A DNA stretch of 64,000 nucleotides, from NCBI GenBank assembly GCA_040770225.1, contig JAXGJN010000004.1, forward strand, positions 34,919 to 98,918, read 5' to 3'. The position numbers were made by a program, and so were the translations under genes. Position 1 is the stretch's first letter, and the number at the start of each line of letters is the position of its first letter. Under the pieces are notes generated by a model. The model ran no database searches. It was given only the letters and a program-made list of their open reading frames with translations, and was not told where the DNA came from. This stretch comes from Anaerolineaceae bacterium. GTDB lineage: Bacteria > Chloroflexota > Anaerolineae > Anaerolineales > Anaerolineaceae. Below are positions 47,970-56,666 of the stretch, piece by piece.

Positions 47970-49889
47970 CTAACTCAATCCTAAAATCTTACCCGTTTCG
48001 AAATCGATATCGATATCATAATATGCCGGGCGGGTGGGCAGACCGGGCATGGTGCTCATCTCTCCCAATAAGGGATACACAAAACCAGCCCCCACCGAGG
48101 CGCTGACATTCCGGATCGGGATGCGGTAACCCCTGGGCACGCCCTTCAACGCCGGGTCGTGGCTGAGGGAAAGGTGTGTTTTTGCCATGCAGATCGGCAG
48201 GTTGCCGTAGCCTAATCGTTCGTATTCTACCAGGCGGTCCTCAGCTTCCGGGCTGTAATCGACGCCATCGGCACCGTAAACTTCGCAGGCAATCGTCTCG
48301 ATCTTCTCTTTGAGTGACTTCTCCAGCGGGTAGAGGAATTTAAAATTGGTAGGCAATTCCGAAGCCTTCACCACTGCCTCTGCCAACGCGATCGCCCCAC
48401 CACCGCCCTGGCTGAAGTGGTCCGCCACAACGGCATCCACGATCCCGGGATGTCCTGACGCAATTTTTCGCACCAGTTCCAGCTCTGCGTCCGTGTCAGT
48501 TGGGAAGCGGTTGACCGCCACCACCACCGGGATGCCGAATTTTTGGGCGATACTGGCGTGCGCCAGCATATTACCTGCACCCTTTTCCAGCAGTTCCAGG
48601 TTTTCATCAATGTATTCAGGTGCCAGCGGAGCCCCAGCCGTCACTTTGGGACCTCCGCCGTGCATCTTGAGCGCCCGCACAGTCACGACCAAGACCACTA
48701 CATCCGGCACGTTGCCCGAATAGCGGCATTTAATATCAAAGAACTTTTCCATGCCCATATCGGCACCAAAGCCGCTCTCGGTAATAACAAAATCTGCCAG
48801 CTTTAAGGCAATTTTATCCGCCATGATCGAGCTATTGCCGTGGGCAATATTGGCAAACGGACCGGCATGCACCAGCACGGGTGTGCCTTCCAAGGTTTGC
48901 ATCAGGTTGGGTTTGATGGTGTCTTTCATCAAGACTGTCAGCGCGCCGGCAACACCCAGGTCATCGGCAGTTACAGGCTCTCCCGCCCGGCTTTGCCCAA
49001 TCACCATTTTGGCAATGCGATTTCGCATGTCTTCCAGGCTGGTCGCAAGGGCTAAAATTGCCATCAGTTCAGAGGCGACGCTGATGTAATAGTTGGTTTG
49101 AAGCTCAAAACCCTTCTCCTGCGCGCCCTGACCAACGGTGATTCCGCGCAGCATGCGGTCGTTTACGTCCACGGCTCTGCGCCACGTGACTGTTTCGGGG
49201 TCGATATCGAGGCGGGCGAATTTCGCCTTCTGCTCGTCGCTCAATTTGTCCGGATCGGTCTCCGTGATGCCTAATTTTGCCAGTCTACCCATCATTCCGC
49301 GGGCGAAATGGCGTTTGCCTTTCTTGTCTTTGGGGCAAAGGCGGTTGAATAAAGCGCTATCACTCTGGCTGGATTCATGAAACATACGTGTGTCAATGGC
49401 AGCCGCCAGCAGGTTGTTGGCAGCCGTTATGGCGTGGATGTCACCGGTCAGATGCAAGTTGAAATCTTCCATCGGGATCACCTGGGAATAACCACCGCCG
49501 GCAGCCCCACCTTTGATGCCAAAGGTTGGTCCTTGCGATGGCTGGCGGATGCAAGTGATGACACTGCGACCCAGGTGAGCGCCAATTGCCTGGCTCAAGC
49601 CCACCGTCGTGGTAGTTTTGCCTTCGCCCAGAGGTGTAGGGGTGATAGCCGTCACGTCAATGTATTTCCCATCGGGGGCATCAGCCAGCCTCTCAAGGAC
49701 TTCCAGCTTGATCTTGGCTTTGTAATCGCCATACAGCTCAAGCTCGCCTGGCAGCAAGCCCATTTCTTCCGCCACTTGTGCGATTGGTTTAAGCGTGGCA
49801 GCCTGGGCGATATCGATATCCGCTGGAACGGGGTTTTTAAGCTCGAGAGGGGTAGGGATAAACCTGCGTAAACCCGGGGTTAGTTTCAT
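47970..49889 (-). CDS. fhs: formate--tetrahydrofolate ligase (long form)
   Basis: [24 protein letters not shown]; 639 aa. Confidence 0.95.
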   Translation of the reverse strand: MKLTPGLRRFIPTPLELKNPVPADIDIAQAATLKPIAQVAEEMGLLPGELELYGDYKAKIKLEVLERLADAPDGKYIDVTAITPTPLGEGKTTTTVGLSQAIGAHLGRSVITCIRQPSQGPTFGIKGGAAGGGYSQVIPMEDFNLHLTGDIHAITAANNLLAAAIDTRMFHESSQSDSALFNRLCPKDKKGKRHFARGMMGRLAKLGITETDPDKLSDEQKAKFARLDIDPETVTWRRAVDVNDRMLRGITVGQGAQEKGFELQTNYYISVASELMAILALATSLEDMRNRIAKMVIGQSRAGEPVTADDLGVAGALTVLMKDTIKPNLMQTLEGTPVLVHAGPFANIAHGNSSIMADKIALKLADFVITESGFGADMGMEKFFDIKCRYSGNVPDVVVLVVTVRALKMHGGGPKVTAGAPLAPEYIDENLELLEKGAGNMLAHASIAQKFGIPVVVAVNRFPTDTDAELELVRKIASGHPGIVDAVVADHFSQGGGGAIALAEAVVKASELPTNFKFLYPLEKSLKEKIETIACEVYGADGVDYSPEAEDRLVEYERLGYGNLPICMAKTHLSLSHDPALKGVPRGYRIPIRNVSASVGAGFVYPLLGEMSTMPGLPTRPAYYDIDIDFETGKILGLS

Positions 49890-49907
49890 TGACTTCTATT
49901 CTCCTGT

Positions 49908-51272
49908 TTATTGTCCAAATTCTACATCTGCTGGCAGGGTGGCGAAAACGGAAATGGTTAACGATTCTTGGTCACCGAGGTAAGCCACCGGCACCGTTAC
50001 GCTGGTTGAACTGCCAGAGCGTATGAGTTGTGTTGTTTGATAGCCGCCTCCCACGATCCTGCCGGCACTGTCACGCAAGATCACGTAGACACGGGCATGA
50101 CTGATGGAGGTGTTGAGATTGTTGACCACGCTGACACTGACAGTGTCCTGGTCCGTAAAAGCCGCTTGGGATGCCAGGAGCGGGTTGAAATCTACCGGCG
50201 AAATGCCGAATTCTCCCGGCACAACAACCAGGTCAACTTTCTTCCCAAGGCAGGCGTCCGGCAGCCCGGTAGGGGTAACAGCGTAAACTACTGTTTCATT
50301 GGGCCAAATCACGTCGTAATACGAATTGCTGGCAAAGCAGACACTGTTGTTCTCGTCGGATACGGTCAGGATTATGAAAGTTTCGCTTAACACACGCTCG
50401 GTCTCGTTTTTCAGAACGGCGCCGCCGGTAATTTGATTGTACTGATCGACGGCAAAGTTCCAGTCTTCGCTGCTGACCGCGTTCCACCAATTTCCACCTT
50501 CCAGCGAGGCGGAATAGCTGGTGATCCAGGGGCTGACGTCCACATGGTCGACAACTTCTCCCTGCCTGCTGTTCACGAGCACGCTGAAACCCACCTGATC
50601 TTCTTCTGGGACAAAGTCGAAAAGCGACTGCCCGCCGCCCACAATCTGACCGGAGGCGTTATAGGCAACCGCGTTCAGCAGAACCTGGGTGTAGGTGTAA
50701 GCATCGGCATTACTGATCCAACCGGTCACGTTGTAATTGTTGCCAACCCGAAAGGCGGATGTGTTTTGGATGGTGAGAGGCTGTTGGTATTTCAAGGTAC
50801 GGTCAATCAGCCCATCCACTACGCGCACTTCTACACCTGTGATCACCAGTCCTGAATTGATTTCAAACTCCTGCACCAGGCTGGTGGTTTCGTTGGGGAA
50901 GAGGTAACGGAACGAGGTGCGCTGTTGGGCAAGGCGGCTGCCGGTGGCATCCAGGGCAAGCACTTCCAGCTGAACATCCCGCAGAATAGCGTCTTCCAGG
51001 GTGTTGAAGAGCTTTGCCATAACCAGCACCTGGGTGTCTTCCTGCAGGTATTCCAGCTCGGTGATGCGCACCGGGTTGGGATTGACCAGGTCGGGAGTTG
51101 GGGTGGGATTGATGGGTAACAACGGGTCCTGGGTCACTTCGGCGGTGGCTGGGAAGAAGGGCTCAGGTGTGGCAGTTGGATCACCGCTTCTGCTCACTTC
51201 CGTGCAAGCTGAAAGCAGCAATGCCAGAAGCAGCGTGACCATCAAGCCAGAGGAAAGGTATTTTCGCATCAT
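49908..51272 (-). CDS. hypothetical lipoprotein
   Basis: Lipobox LLSAC, beta-rich, no family recognised. Confidence 0.5.
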   Translation of the reverse strand: MMRKYLSSGLMVTLLLALLLSACTEVSRSGDPTATPEPFFPATAEVTQDPLLPINPTPTPDLVNPNPVRITELEYLQEDTQVLVMAKLFNTLEDAILRDVQLEVLALDATGSRLAQQRTSFRYLFPNETTSLVQEFEINSGLVITGVEVRVVDGLIDRTLKYQQPLTIQNTSAFRVGNNYNVTGWISNADAYTYTQVLLNAVAYNASGQIVGGGQSLFDFVPEEDQVGFSVLVNSRQGEVVDHVDVSPWITSYSASLEGGNWWNAVSSEDWNFAVDQYNQITGGAVLKNETERVLSETFIILTVSDENNSVCFASNSYYDVIWPNETVVYAVTPTGLPDACLGKKVDLVVVPGEFGISPVDFNPLLASQAAFTDQDTVSVSVVNNLNTSISHARVYVILRDSAGRIVGGGYQTTQLIRSGSSTSVTVPVAYLGDQESLTISVFATLPADVEFGQ

Positions 51273-51494
51273 TTGTAACCCTATGTATTATAAACGCTTC
51301 AGGACAAAACTATGGACCTTACAAGGCACAAGATTTAAGTAATACTGGGATATGTAAAATCTCACTATCTATGTCGAAGACCTATCGGTCAAATAGCGCA
51401 CTCGGTCAGCCCACTGAAGGGGTGCTACGCAAGACACCGGTGCTATCGTGGTCCAGTTATTGCGAGTGCAGTTTAGCGATCCACACAGCCACTT

Positions 51495-51530
51495 TTTACA
51501 CTATTTACACTTTTTACACTGTTTTTTGAT
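51495..51530. repeat. 3 x TTTACAC at exact 9-nt phase followed by TGTTTTTTGAT
   Basis: Heptamers at 51495, 51504, 51513. Confidence 0.85.
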
Positions 51531-51584
51531 GGCGCAGAAAGGCAGTTTCACTGTAAAAACTCGCCATCAGACAAATTGAATTAT

Positions 51585-51623
51585 GTAGCGGGTCGTACGG
51601 GCTGGTTCAGAACCAGCCCCTAC
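51585..51623. repeat. REP-like element GTAG...GTAC-GGGCTGGTT-cag-AACCAGCCC-CTAC
   Basis: Perfect 9-bp stem capped by GTAG/CTAC. Confidence 0.65.
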
Positions 51624-51660
51624 GAGGTCAGCGCTGCGGGCGAGGATCCCTGCCCCCCTG

Positions 51661-51696
51661 TTTGCACGATTTGCACTATTTGCACTGTTTTTTGAT
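51661..51696. repeat. 3 x TTTGCAC at exact 9-nt phase followed by TGTTTTTTGAT
   Basis: Heptamers at 51661, 51670, 51679; paralogue of the 51495 module. Confidence 0.85.
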
Positions 51697-52043
51697 AGTA
51701 CAGGAACGCGAATTGATTGCAAATGGATATCGATTGTTAAGGTGCGAACAAAAAATATGAATTAATGCGAGCAAAGTATAGCACATTTGTTCTGTTTTGG
51801 GAAGTCCTTTCGTTGGCTGGGCAAGCCAGCCTAAGGTGGCGCTCCGTGCCACGTTTTATTGGCCAATGTTTGTTACGTCAGGTTGAACATCGCAACCTGA
51901 CCTACGTCAATTGTTCTTTGAGCAAAAGAATAAGGAAAAAGATCAAGGATTGCTGAGAAAGGAGCGCTTGACAGACTGGTTTATGGTGGTATTTCGCGCC
52001 AATTTCAACAATCCAATTTGAAAAAAGCTATTTGGAAGATATA

Positions 52044-52093
52044 AAAAGAGACCTATTCAGGTCCCTTACTTGGTGGGTGGGTGTCGGACACAC
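52044..52093. repeat. att-like direct repeat copy 1 (terminator hairpin + degenerate tRNA-Leu 3' end)
   Basis: Ungapped alignment to 59303-59352. Confidence 0.6.
52047..52068 (-). terminator. hairpin plus T-run terminating the RM-glycosylase-DUF6884 operon
   Basis: Minus strand reads GGGACC-tgaat-AGGTCTC followed by TTTTT. Confidence 0.6.
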
Positions 52094-52102
52094 GGATCAA
52101 GG

Positions 52103-52513
52103 TCAGAGGGCTTTCTTCAAGGCTTTCAGTTGGTTTCCGAATGACAGACCTTCAAAAGGAATAATGTAATGATGCATATATGGAACAAGACCTTCACGAT
52201 ACTTTTCGCCGGCAAGGAAGATAATTTCGTCCTGATCAAGGTCCGCATACTTTCGAAGCTCTGAAATCACTCCAACCGACCAAGCTTTTCTCTCGGAAGC
52301 TGGCATCTGGTTAAGAGTTTTTTCGTATGGGGCAATACGATCATCTAATCGTAGTAATCCATACTTGGCAGAGAGTATAAAGATATGATTGGGTTTCATT
52401 TTCTTTGCATAAGCCAGGTTTTTACTGAACAGATCGCTAATGTAAAGATCCTTCGCTTTTGCAGGGTGATCCAATTTCGTTTTGACGCATGAAATCAAGA
52501 CAATTCGCTTCAC
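52103..52513 (-). CDS. DUF6884-like (YaaA/DUF328-related) protein
   Basis: VLISCVKTKLD and ILSAKYGLLRLDDRIAPYEKTL resemble YaaA [10 protein letters not shown] / [21 protein letters not shown]. GTG 52513 overlaps the upstream TGA (GTGA). Alternative TTG start at 52531. Confidence 0.6.
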   Translation of the reverse strand: MKRIVLISCVKTKLDHPAKAKDLYISDLFSKNLAYAKKMKPNHIFILSAKYGLLRLDDRIAPYEKTLNQMPASERKAWSVGVISELRKYADLDQDEIIFLAGEKYREGLVPYMHHYIIPFEGLSFGNQLKALKKAL

Positions 52514-53244
52514 AATCCAATCCTTTCGCAACAGGAATTAAGAGGACATCCGGCACACTCCGGATTAGTCGGGTGACACCAATTTCTACCAATTGACCAT
52601 AGCGGTCCGTCAATTGCACCAGGGTAAGAAGGGCTAATCTGGCGAGCGGCGATGATCGCTTCCATTTCGTTAATAGAAGGAGAAACACCGAGACGATAGA
52701 GGACTCGCATCGTATGGACATCCGGTTTAATATCCATGTTCCTGTAATCTAAGTCTGTGAAAGTGATTTGATATAAACCTTCTATCAGAACGAGACTCAT
52801 ATTAGCGATACCGCTGCCAACGCCATAGACAGACAGAAGAGTGCGTTTGACGTCCATTGCTGACCGATCTTTCCAGATGTTTTCAGCACGACCCGAGAAA
52901 TTGTCTACGACGATCCTGCAAATATCATAAAAGGTATGCGGCGCAGCATTGGTATAGCGGGGTTGCCGAGGAAGATGATCAAAAAGGGAAGTTATCTGAT
53001 CAAGGCTGAGGTTGTAAAAACGTAGTGGATCATAATGACCCACCTGTTGGAAGATCCAATAAGGAATGGTCCAAATAATTTCTGCTTTAGTGCCCCGATC
53101 AAGACAGCAGGCAGAGATGAAAGCAAAACTGTTTTCATGGATGAGCTTGATTGCTTCAGGGCATTTCGCAAGAGTGAGTTCTTCCTGGTCAAAGATGGTT
53201 TTGTAATGCAAAAGGGCATTCAGAATCGACTGGTAGGCGGGCAT
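52510..53244 (-). CDS. HhH-GPD superfamily DNA glycosylase with EndoIII-type [4Fe-4S] loop
   Basis: HhH VYGVGSGIANM, catalytic-Asp context PDVHTMRV, Cys ladder CHPTNPECAGCPLNSCC. Confidence 0.8.
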   Translation of the reverse strand: MPAYQSILNALLHYKTIFDQEELTLAKCPEAIKLIHENSFAFISACCLDRGTKAEIIWTIPYWIFQQVGHYDPLRFYNLSLDQITSLFDHLPRQPRYTNAAPHTFYDICRIVVDNFSGRAENIWKDRSAMDVKRTLLSVYGVGSGIANMSLVLIEGLYQITFTDLDYRNMDIKPDVHTMRVLYRLGVSPSINEMEAIIAARQISPSYPGAIDGPLWSIGRNWCHPTNPECAGCPLNSCCERIGL

Positions 53245-53271
53245 AAAAAATCCTCAATTTATCTCTGTTTT

Positions 53272-56200
53272 TTAGAATTCAATAACTTCTTTTTCTACCT
53301 CAGGATAGAGCTCATCGATTTCTGCCTGGATTTCGATGGTTTTGGCAAGGGCGGTGGCAATGCGAATGTAATGGCGGGGGTCGTCCATGTTCCGCCCTTT
53401 GCGATCTTTGAGGTATTTGTCCATGACCTGGTAACCGCCAATCTGATACTCCCAAATTTCGGGCTCAACACCTTCAAAGTAATGGGTATTGTTGATGTAG
53501 ACACGTTTTTCGCTCGGGTTGTACCTTGGTTTTTCAATGATGTAATTGTCATCGCTCCCCTGGTATTTGACGGTAGGGTTGTCGAGTTCATGGCTCTTAA
53601 TCAAATGAAGATCGATGAGACGTTTTCCCAGGGCTGCCATTAATTGGAAAGTTCTATTCGAATTTGGAAACGGTATACGGGGGAAATCCACTTTCAGGAA
53701 ATCAAAGTACCTTACCCGATAAGTATTACAAAAAAGTATTGCATAAACGTATCGTAATACTAACTCTGGTCTTAATAAAGAACTGTAGTTATCTTTCAAA
53801 TGATCATAAACGTCTTTGGATAAGTTATTTTCCCTTCCTGATTGTTGCGAACTAAACAAATTTGGTTTCTCTTCGTCTTCATAGAGGTAGAGTGGGAATA
53901 GATATCCAATTTCACTAGTTTTATTAGAAACAAAACAGCTTTCTATAATCTTATTAGAAATTAAACAGTGTTGCCATGTTTCGCCGGACTTAACCTGTCT
54001 GACTGTAGCAATTCCAATGTTGTCCTTAAACATGTGATGCATGACTTCCTGTCGACCCCAGTCAACCATGTCTGGTGTATAGTAAACAGCCCTGTGGTCA
54101 AATGGTCGATAAAGGATTTTCGAATAATAAGTGTCCCAATTTACATCAGACGATAATTTTTTTCTCGCCTCAGATAATTTCCAACCTCTTGTGTCTTTTA
54201 ACCCGTACGTGCCTTCAATAAAATCATCTGGCAATGATAAGTCTCGAAATTGGATCATTTTCAAGCGCAATTCGTGAATATTAAAGTCTATAACAAATTT
54301 ATCTCTTGCTGTCACTATGCCAGTTACATATATAGGAAATATCGTGTTTACTGAAAGCCATTTATTGTAGTGTTCAATCTGAGAGGTGTTGCGAGGGATT
54401 AAAAAATAGAATGGTGGATTTGCATCAATATTCTGATATTTTGCTGAATTAAAATCAACGGAGGATAGCCATAGGTATTTTTCATTCCGCAAGCCAAACA
54501 AATCAACATGTCGCCTTATTGGTGTTTTTGGCATTCTATTTTTTATGAATAAGGCAATTGCCACCCCTGTTCTAATGTCAAAAACATTCTCATCTTTGCT
54601 ACCATCGGGCGCCGTTTCTTTTTTGAGACTGTTACCATGTAGATCAAGAATGTAGATCTCATCAAAGGTTTTCATTAAAGACTGGCGCATGCCGCGAAAG
54701 GTGGGGTTATCCAGATAGGCATGGTTGGTGATCATAGCGACTATGCCCTTGCCGGCTTTTTGGATCTTCCATTGGGCAAAGCGCAGAAACTTGACATAAT
54801 CATCCTGCAACCAAACTTTTCTCTCCCCAAGAGGTTTGCCATCAACTGTGTAATAACTTTGAGCACCGTCAATATCTTGTTTCAGTAACTTTTCAGTCCA
54901 TTCGTTGATATTTGAAGATATCCCAGAATAAGGAGGGTTGCCCATAATTACAAGAACTGGATCACGTTTGACCTTGCCTGCCAGACGGCTCTCGATGCTA
55001 AGAGAACTGACACCTGGAATCTCAATCTGGGCGATATCTTCCATCTCGAGGGTATTGGTCAGGTAAAGCTGGAAAGCATCATCGCCTTCAAGACGGTAAC
55101 CGAGAGACTCCAACAGAAAGCTCATTTTCATATGCCCGATGGCGTAGGGAGCCATCATCAACTCAAGTGCATAATAGTTTTTCAAAACCTGGTTGCGAAT
55201 AAAATCCCTCTTTCCGCCCTCACCATATTTCTCAACAAACTCTTTGACTGCCAGCTTGATGGCTTCAGCAGGGAAAGTAAGTGTGCCAGCAGCGGGATCC
55301 AGCACGGTTACAGATGGATCAGCCAGCCCATCGGGAAGGTTGAAGCGCGTTTTAAGCAGATGATGTACGGAGTTGACGATGTATTTGACCACAGGTTCGG
55401 GGGTGTAATAGACCCCGCGCTTTTCCCTGGTGGTTGGGTCGTACTGATTGAGGAAGGTCTCGTAAAAATGGACAATGGGATCTTCGCCTTTGCCTTCCCT
55501 GTAATATTTGTCGAGAATACTGTTGATATCAGCGGCATTGAGAATAGCAGCGATATCATCAACAATCACTTCCATATGCGGTGAGGGTTTGCCTAACGAA
55601 ATGAAGTGGAAGACCTCTCGCAGAACGCCAATAGAGTGGGGAATTCTTTCATAGGCTAAGCGACGGCTGAATTCACCTTCTGTGCGAGTGCGGGCAGCAA
55701 AAAGTCCATAGGTAATGGTCTGTGAATAGAGGTCAGCAAACTGTTCTGGTGTCAGGCTTGGGATGAGATATTTTTGAAAGGCTTTATAAAATCCAAAAAT
55801 ATCACCCTTGCCTTCTTCAGATTCCTTCAATTCTTCTGCAACCACCTGATCGCGCAAGAAGCGGGTGCGTTTAGCAAGCTCGACAGCCAGGCTTTCTGCA
55901 GTGAATGTCTTTGGAAGTTTAAATCCAAAAAATTGATTGGCTATCTTTTCAAAAGCTTCGATGTTTTCGAGCTGAGGGGTTGTTCTGAGCTTCTGAGCAG
56001 TAAAGCGTCGCCCAACGACAGCTCTTTCGATCTCCTGACCATTGCGGTAAAGTCGGAACTCGTAAAAGTCAGTCAGGATCAGATTGGGGAATGTATTTAA
56101 GTAGCGTTGGAGCTGTTCTGTGGTCTCAATATGATCCAGGTTGGTGCCAGGAATTTTTGCTTCAATGTATCCAACAACAAAATGATCGCCATCCCAGACA

Positions 56201-56421
56201 CGAAAATCAGGGTTGCCGGCTTCAGTTTGTTTGGGAAGGATGGTAACTTTAGTTTTACGACCTTTATCCAGGGGAAAATCGGTAAATAAATCTTTCAGTG
56301 AGTCATAATAAGATTCTTCACGGGCATCACCCTGCATAGTGGTGGATGCAATGGATTTCAGGTACGCAGAAAGCAATTTTTTCATTACAGGACCCCGATT
56401 CTGATTGATGATGTTCCTCAA
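53272..56421 (-). CDS. single-chain type IIG/IIL restriction endonuclease-N6-adenine methyltransferase (MmeI-like)
   Basis: NPDFRVWDGDHFVVGYIEAK (D-X12-EXK), VLDPAAGTLTF, IMGNPPYSG, C-terminal GGYQVMDKYLKDRKGR. TTG start at 56421; alternative ATG at 56385. Confidence 0.85.
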   Translation of the reverse strand: MRNIINQNRGPVMKKLLSAYLKSIASTTMQGDAREESYYDSLKDLFTDFPLDKGRKTKVTILPKQTEAGNPDFRVWDGDHFVVGYIEAKIPGTNLDHIETTEQLQRYLNTFPNLILTDFYEFRLYRNGQEIERAVVGRRFTAQKLRTTPQLENIEAFEKIANQFFGFKLPKTFTAESLAVELAKRTRFLRDQVVAEELKESEEGKGDIFGFYKAFQKYLIPSLTPEQFADLYSQTITYGLFAARTRTEGEFSRRLAYERIPHSIGVLREVFHFISLGKPSPHMEVIVDDIAAILNAADINSILDKYYREGKGEDPIVHFYETFLNQYDPTTREKRGVYYTPEPVVKYIVNSVHHLLKTRFNLPDGLADPSVTVLDPAAGTLTFPAEAIKLAVKEFVEKYGEGGKRDFIRNQVLKNYYALELMMAPYAIGHMKMSFLLESLGYRLEGDDAFQLYLTNTLEMEDIAQIEIPGVSSLSIESRLAGKVKRDPVLVIMGNPPYSGISSNINEWTEKLLKQDIDGAQSYYTVDGKPLGERKVWLQDDYVKFLRFAQWKIQKAGKGIVAMITNHAYLDNPTFRGMRQSLMKTFDEIYILDLHGNSLKKETAPDGSKDENVFDIRTGVAIALFIKNRMPKTPIRRHVDLFGLRNEKYLWLSSVDFNSAKYQNIDANPPFYFLIPRNTSQIEHYNKWLSVNTIFPIYVTGIVTARDKFVIDFNIHELRLKMIQFRDLSLPDDFIEGTYGLKDTRGWKLSEARKKLSSDVNWDTYYSKILYRPFDHRAVYYTPDMVDWGRQEVMHHMFKDNIGIATVRQVKSGETWQHCLISNKIIESCFVSNKTSEIGYLFPLYLYEDEEKPNLFSSQQSGRENNLSKDVYDHLKDNYSSLLRPELVLRYVYAILFCNTYRVRYFDFLKVDFPRIPFPNSNRTFQLMAALGKRLIDLHLIKSHELDNPTVKYQGSDDNYIIEKPRYNPSEKRVYINNTHYFEGVEPEIWEYQIGGYQVMDKYLKDRKGRNMDDPRHYIRIATALAKTIEIQAEIDELYPEVEKEVIEF

Positions 56422-56441
56422 TTGTAAACCAGCTTTTAGGA

Positions 56442-56588
56442 GTAGGGTGGATTATGCGTTTGAACCCACCGTCGTTTTGAATGATATTCGGACACTTGGC
56501 TTAGGTTTTGGTGGGTTGCTTATTTAATGTTTGAGAATGGTTTGTGTGTACCTTTCACAGCATAACAAACCCACGCAACCCACCCTAC
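56442..56588. repeat. REP-like cluster (GTAGGGTGG... / GGTGGGTTGC ... GCAACCCACCCTAC)
   Basis: GTAG-headed and CTAC-tailed inverted copies upstream of the RM gene. Confidence 0.55.
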
Positions 56589-56644
56589 TTGCTAAACCGG
56601 CGGGATCGCAACTACTGGCAGGATCGGGAGATAACACGTACTCC

Positions 56645-56666
56645 GGGAGACCGTGGCAGGTCTCCC
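56645..56666. repeat. third copy of the GAGACC-N5/6-GGTCTC hairpin
   Basis: GGGAGACC-gtggca-GGTCTCCC followed by TTAC, as in copy 1. Confidence 0.4.

Noticed and set aside
51495-51696. DnaA boxes / replication origin
   Set aside because: The TTTACAC/TTTGCAC heptamers do not fit TTATCCACA. No dnaA or dnaN neighbourhood and no AT-rich unwinding element was recognised.
51765-51956. 63-aa ORF in the 0.8-kb non-coding stretch
   Set aside because: It covers several small hairpin repeats, has no RBS and is rich in Arg/Leu/Ser, as is typical of random frames.
53035-53643. 202-aa plus-strand ORF spanning the RM/glycosylase junction
   Set aside because: It lies opposite two strongly motif-supported minus-strand genes and crosses their intergenic RBS. 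Its composition is low-information.
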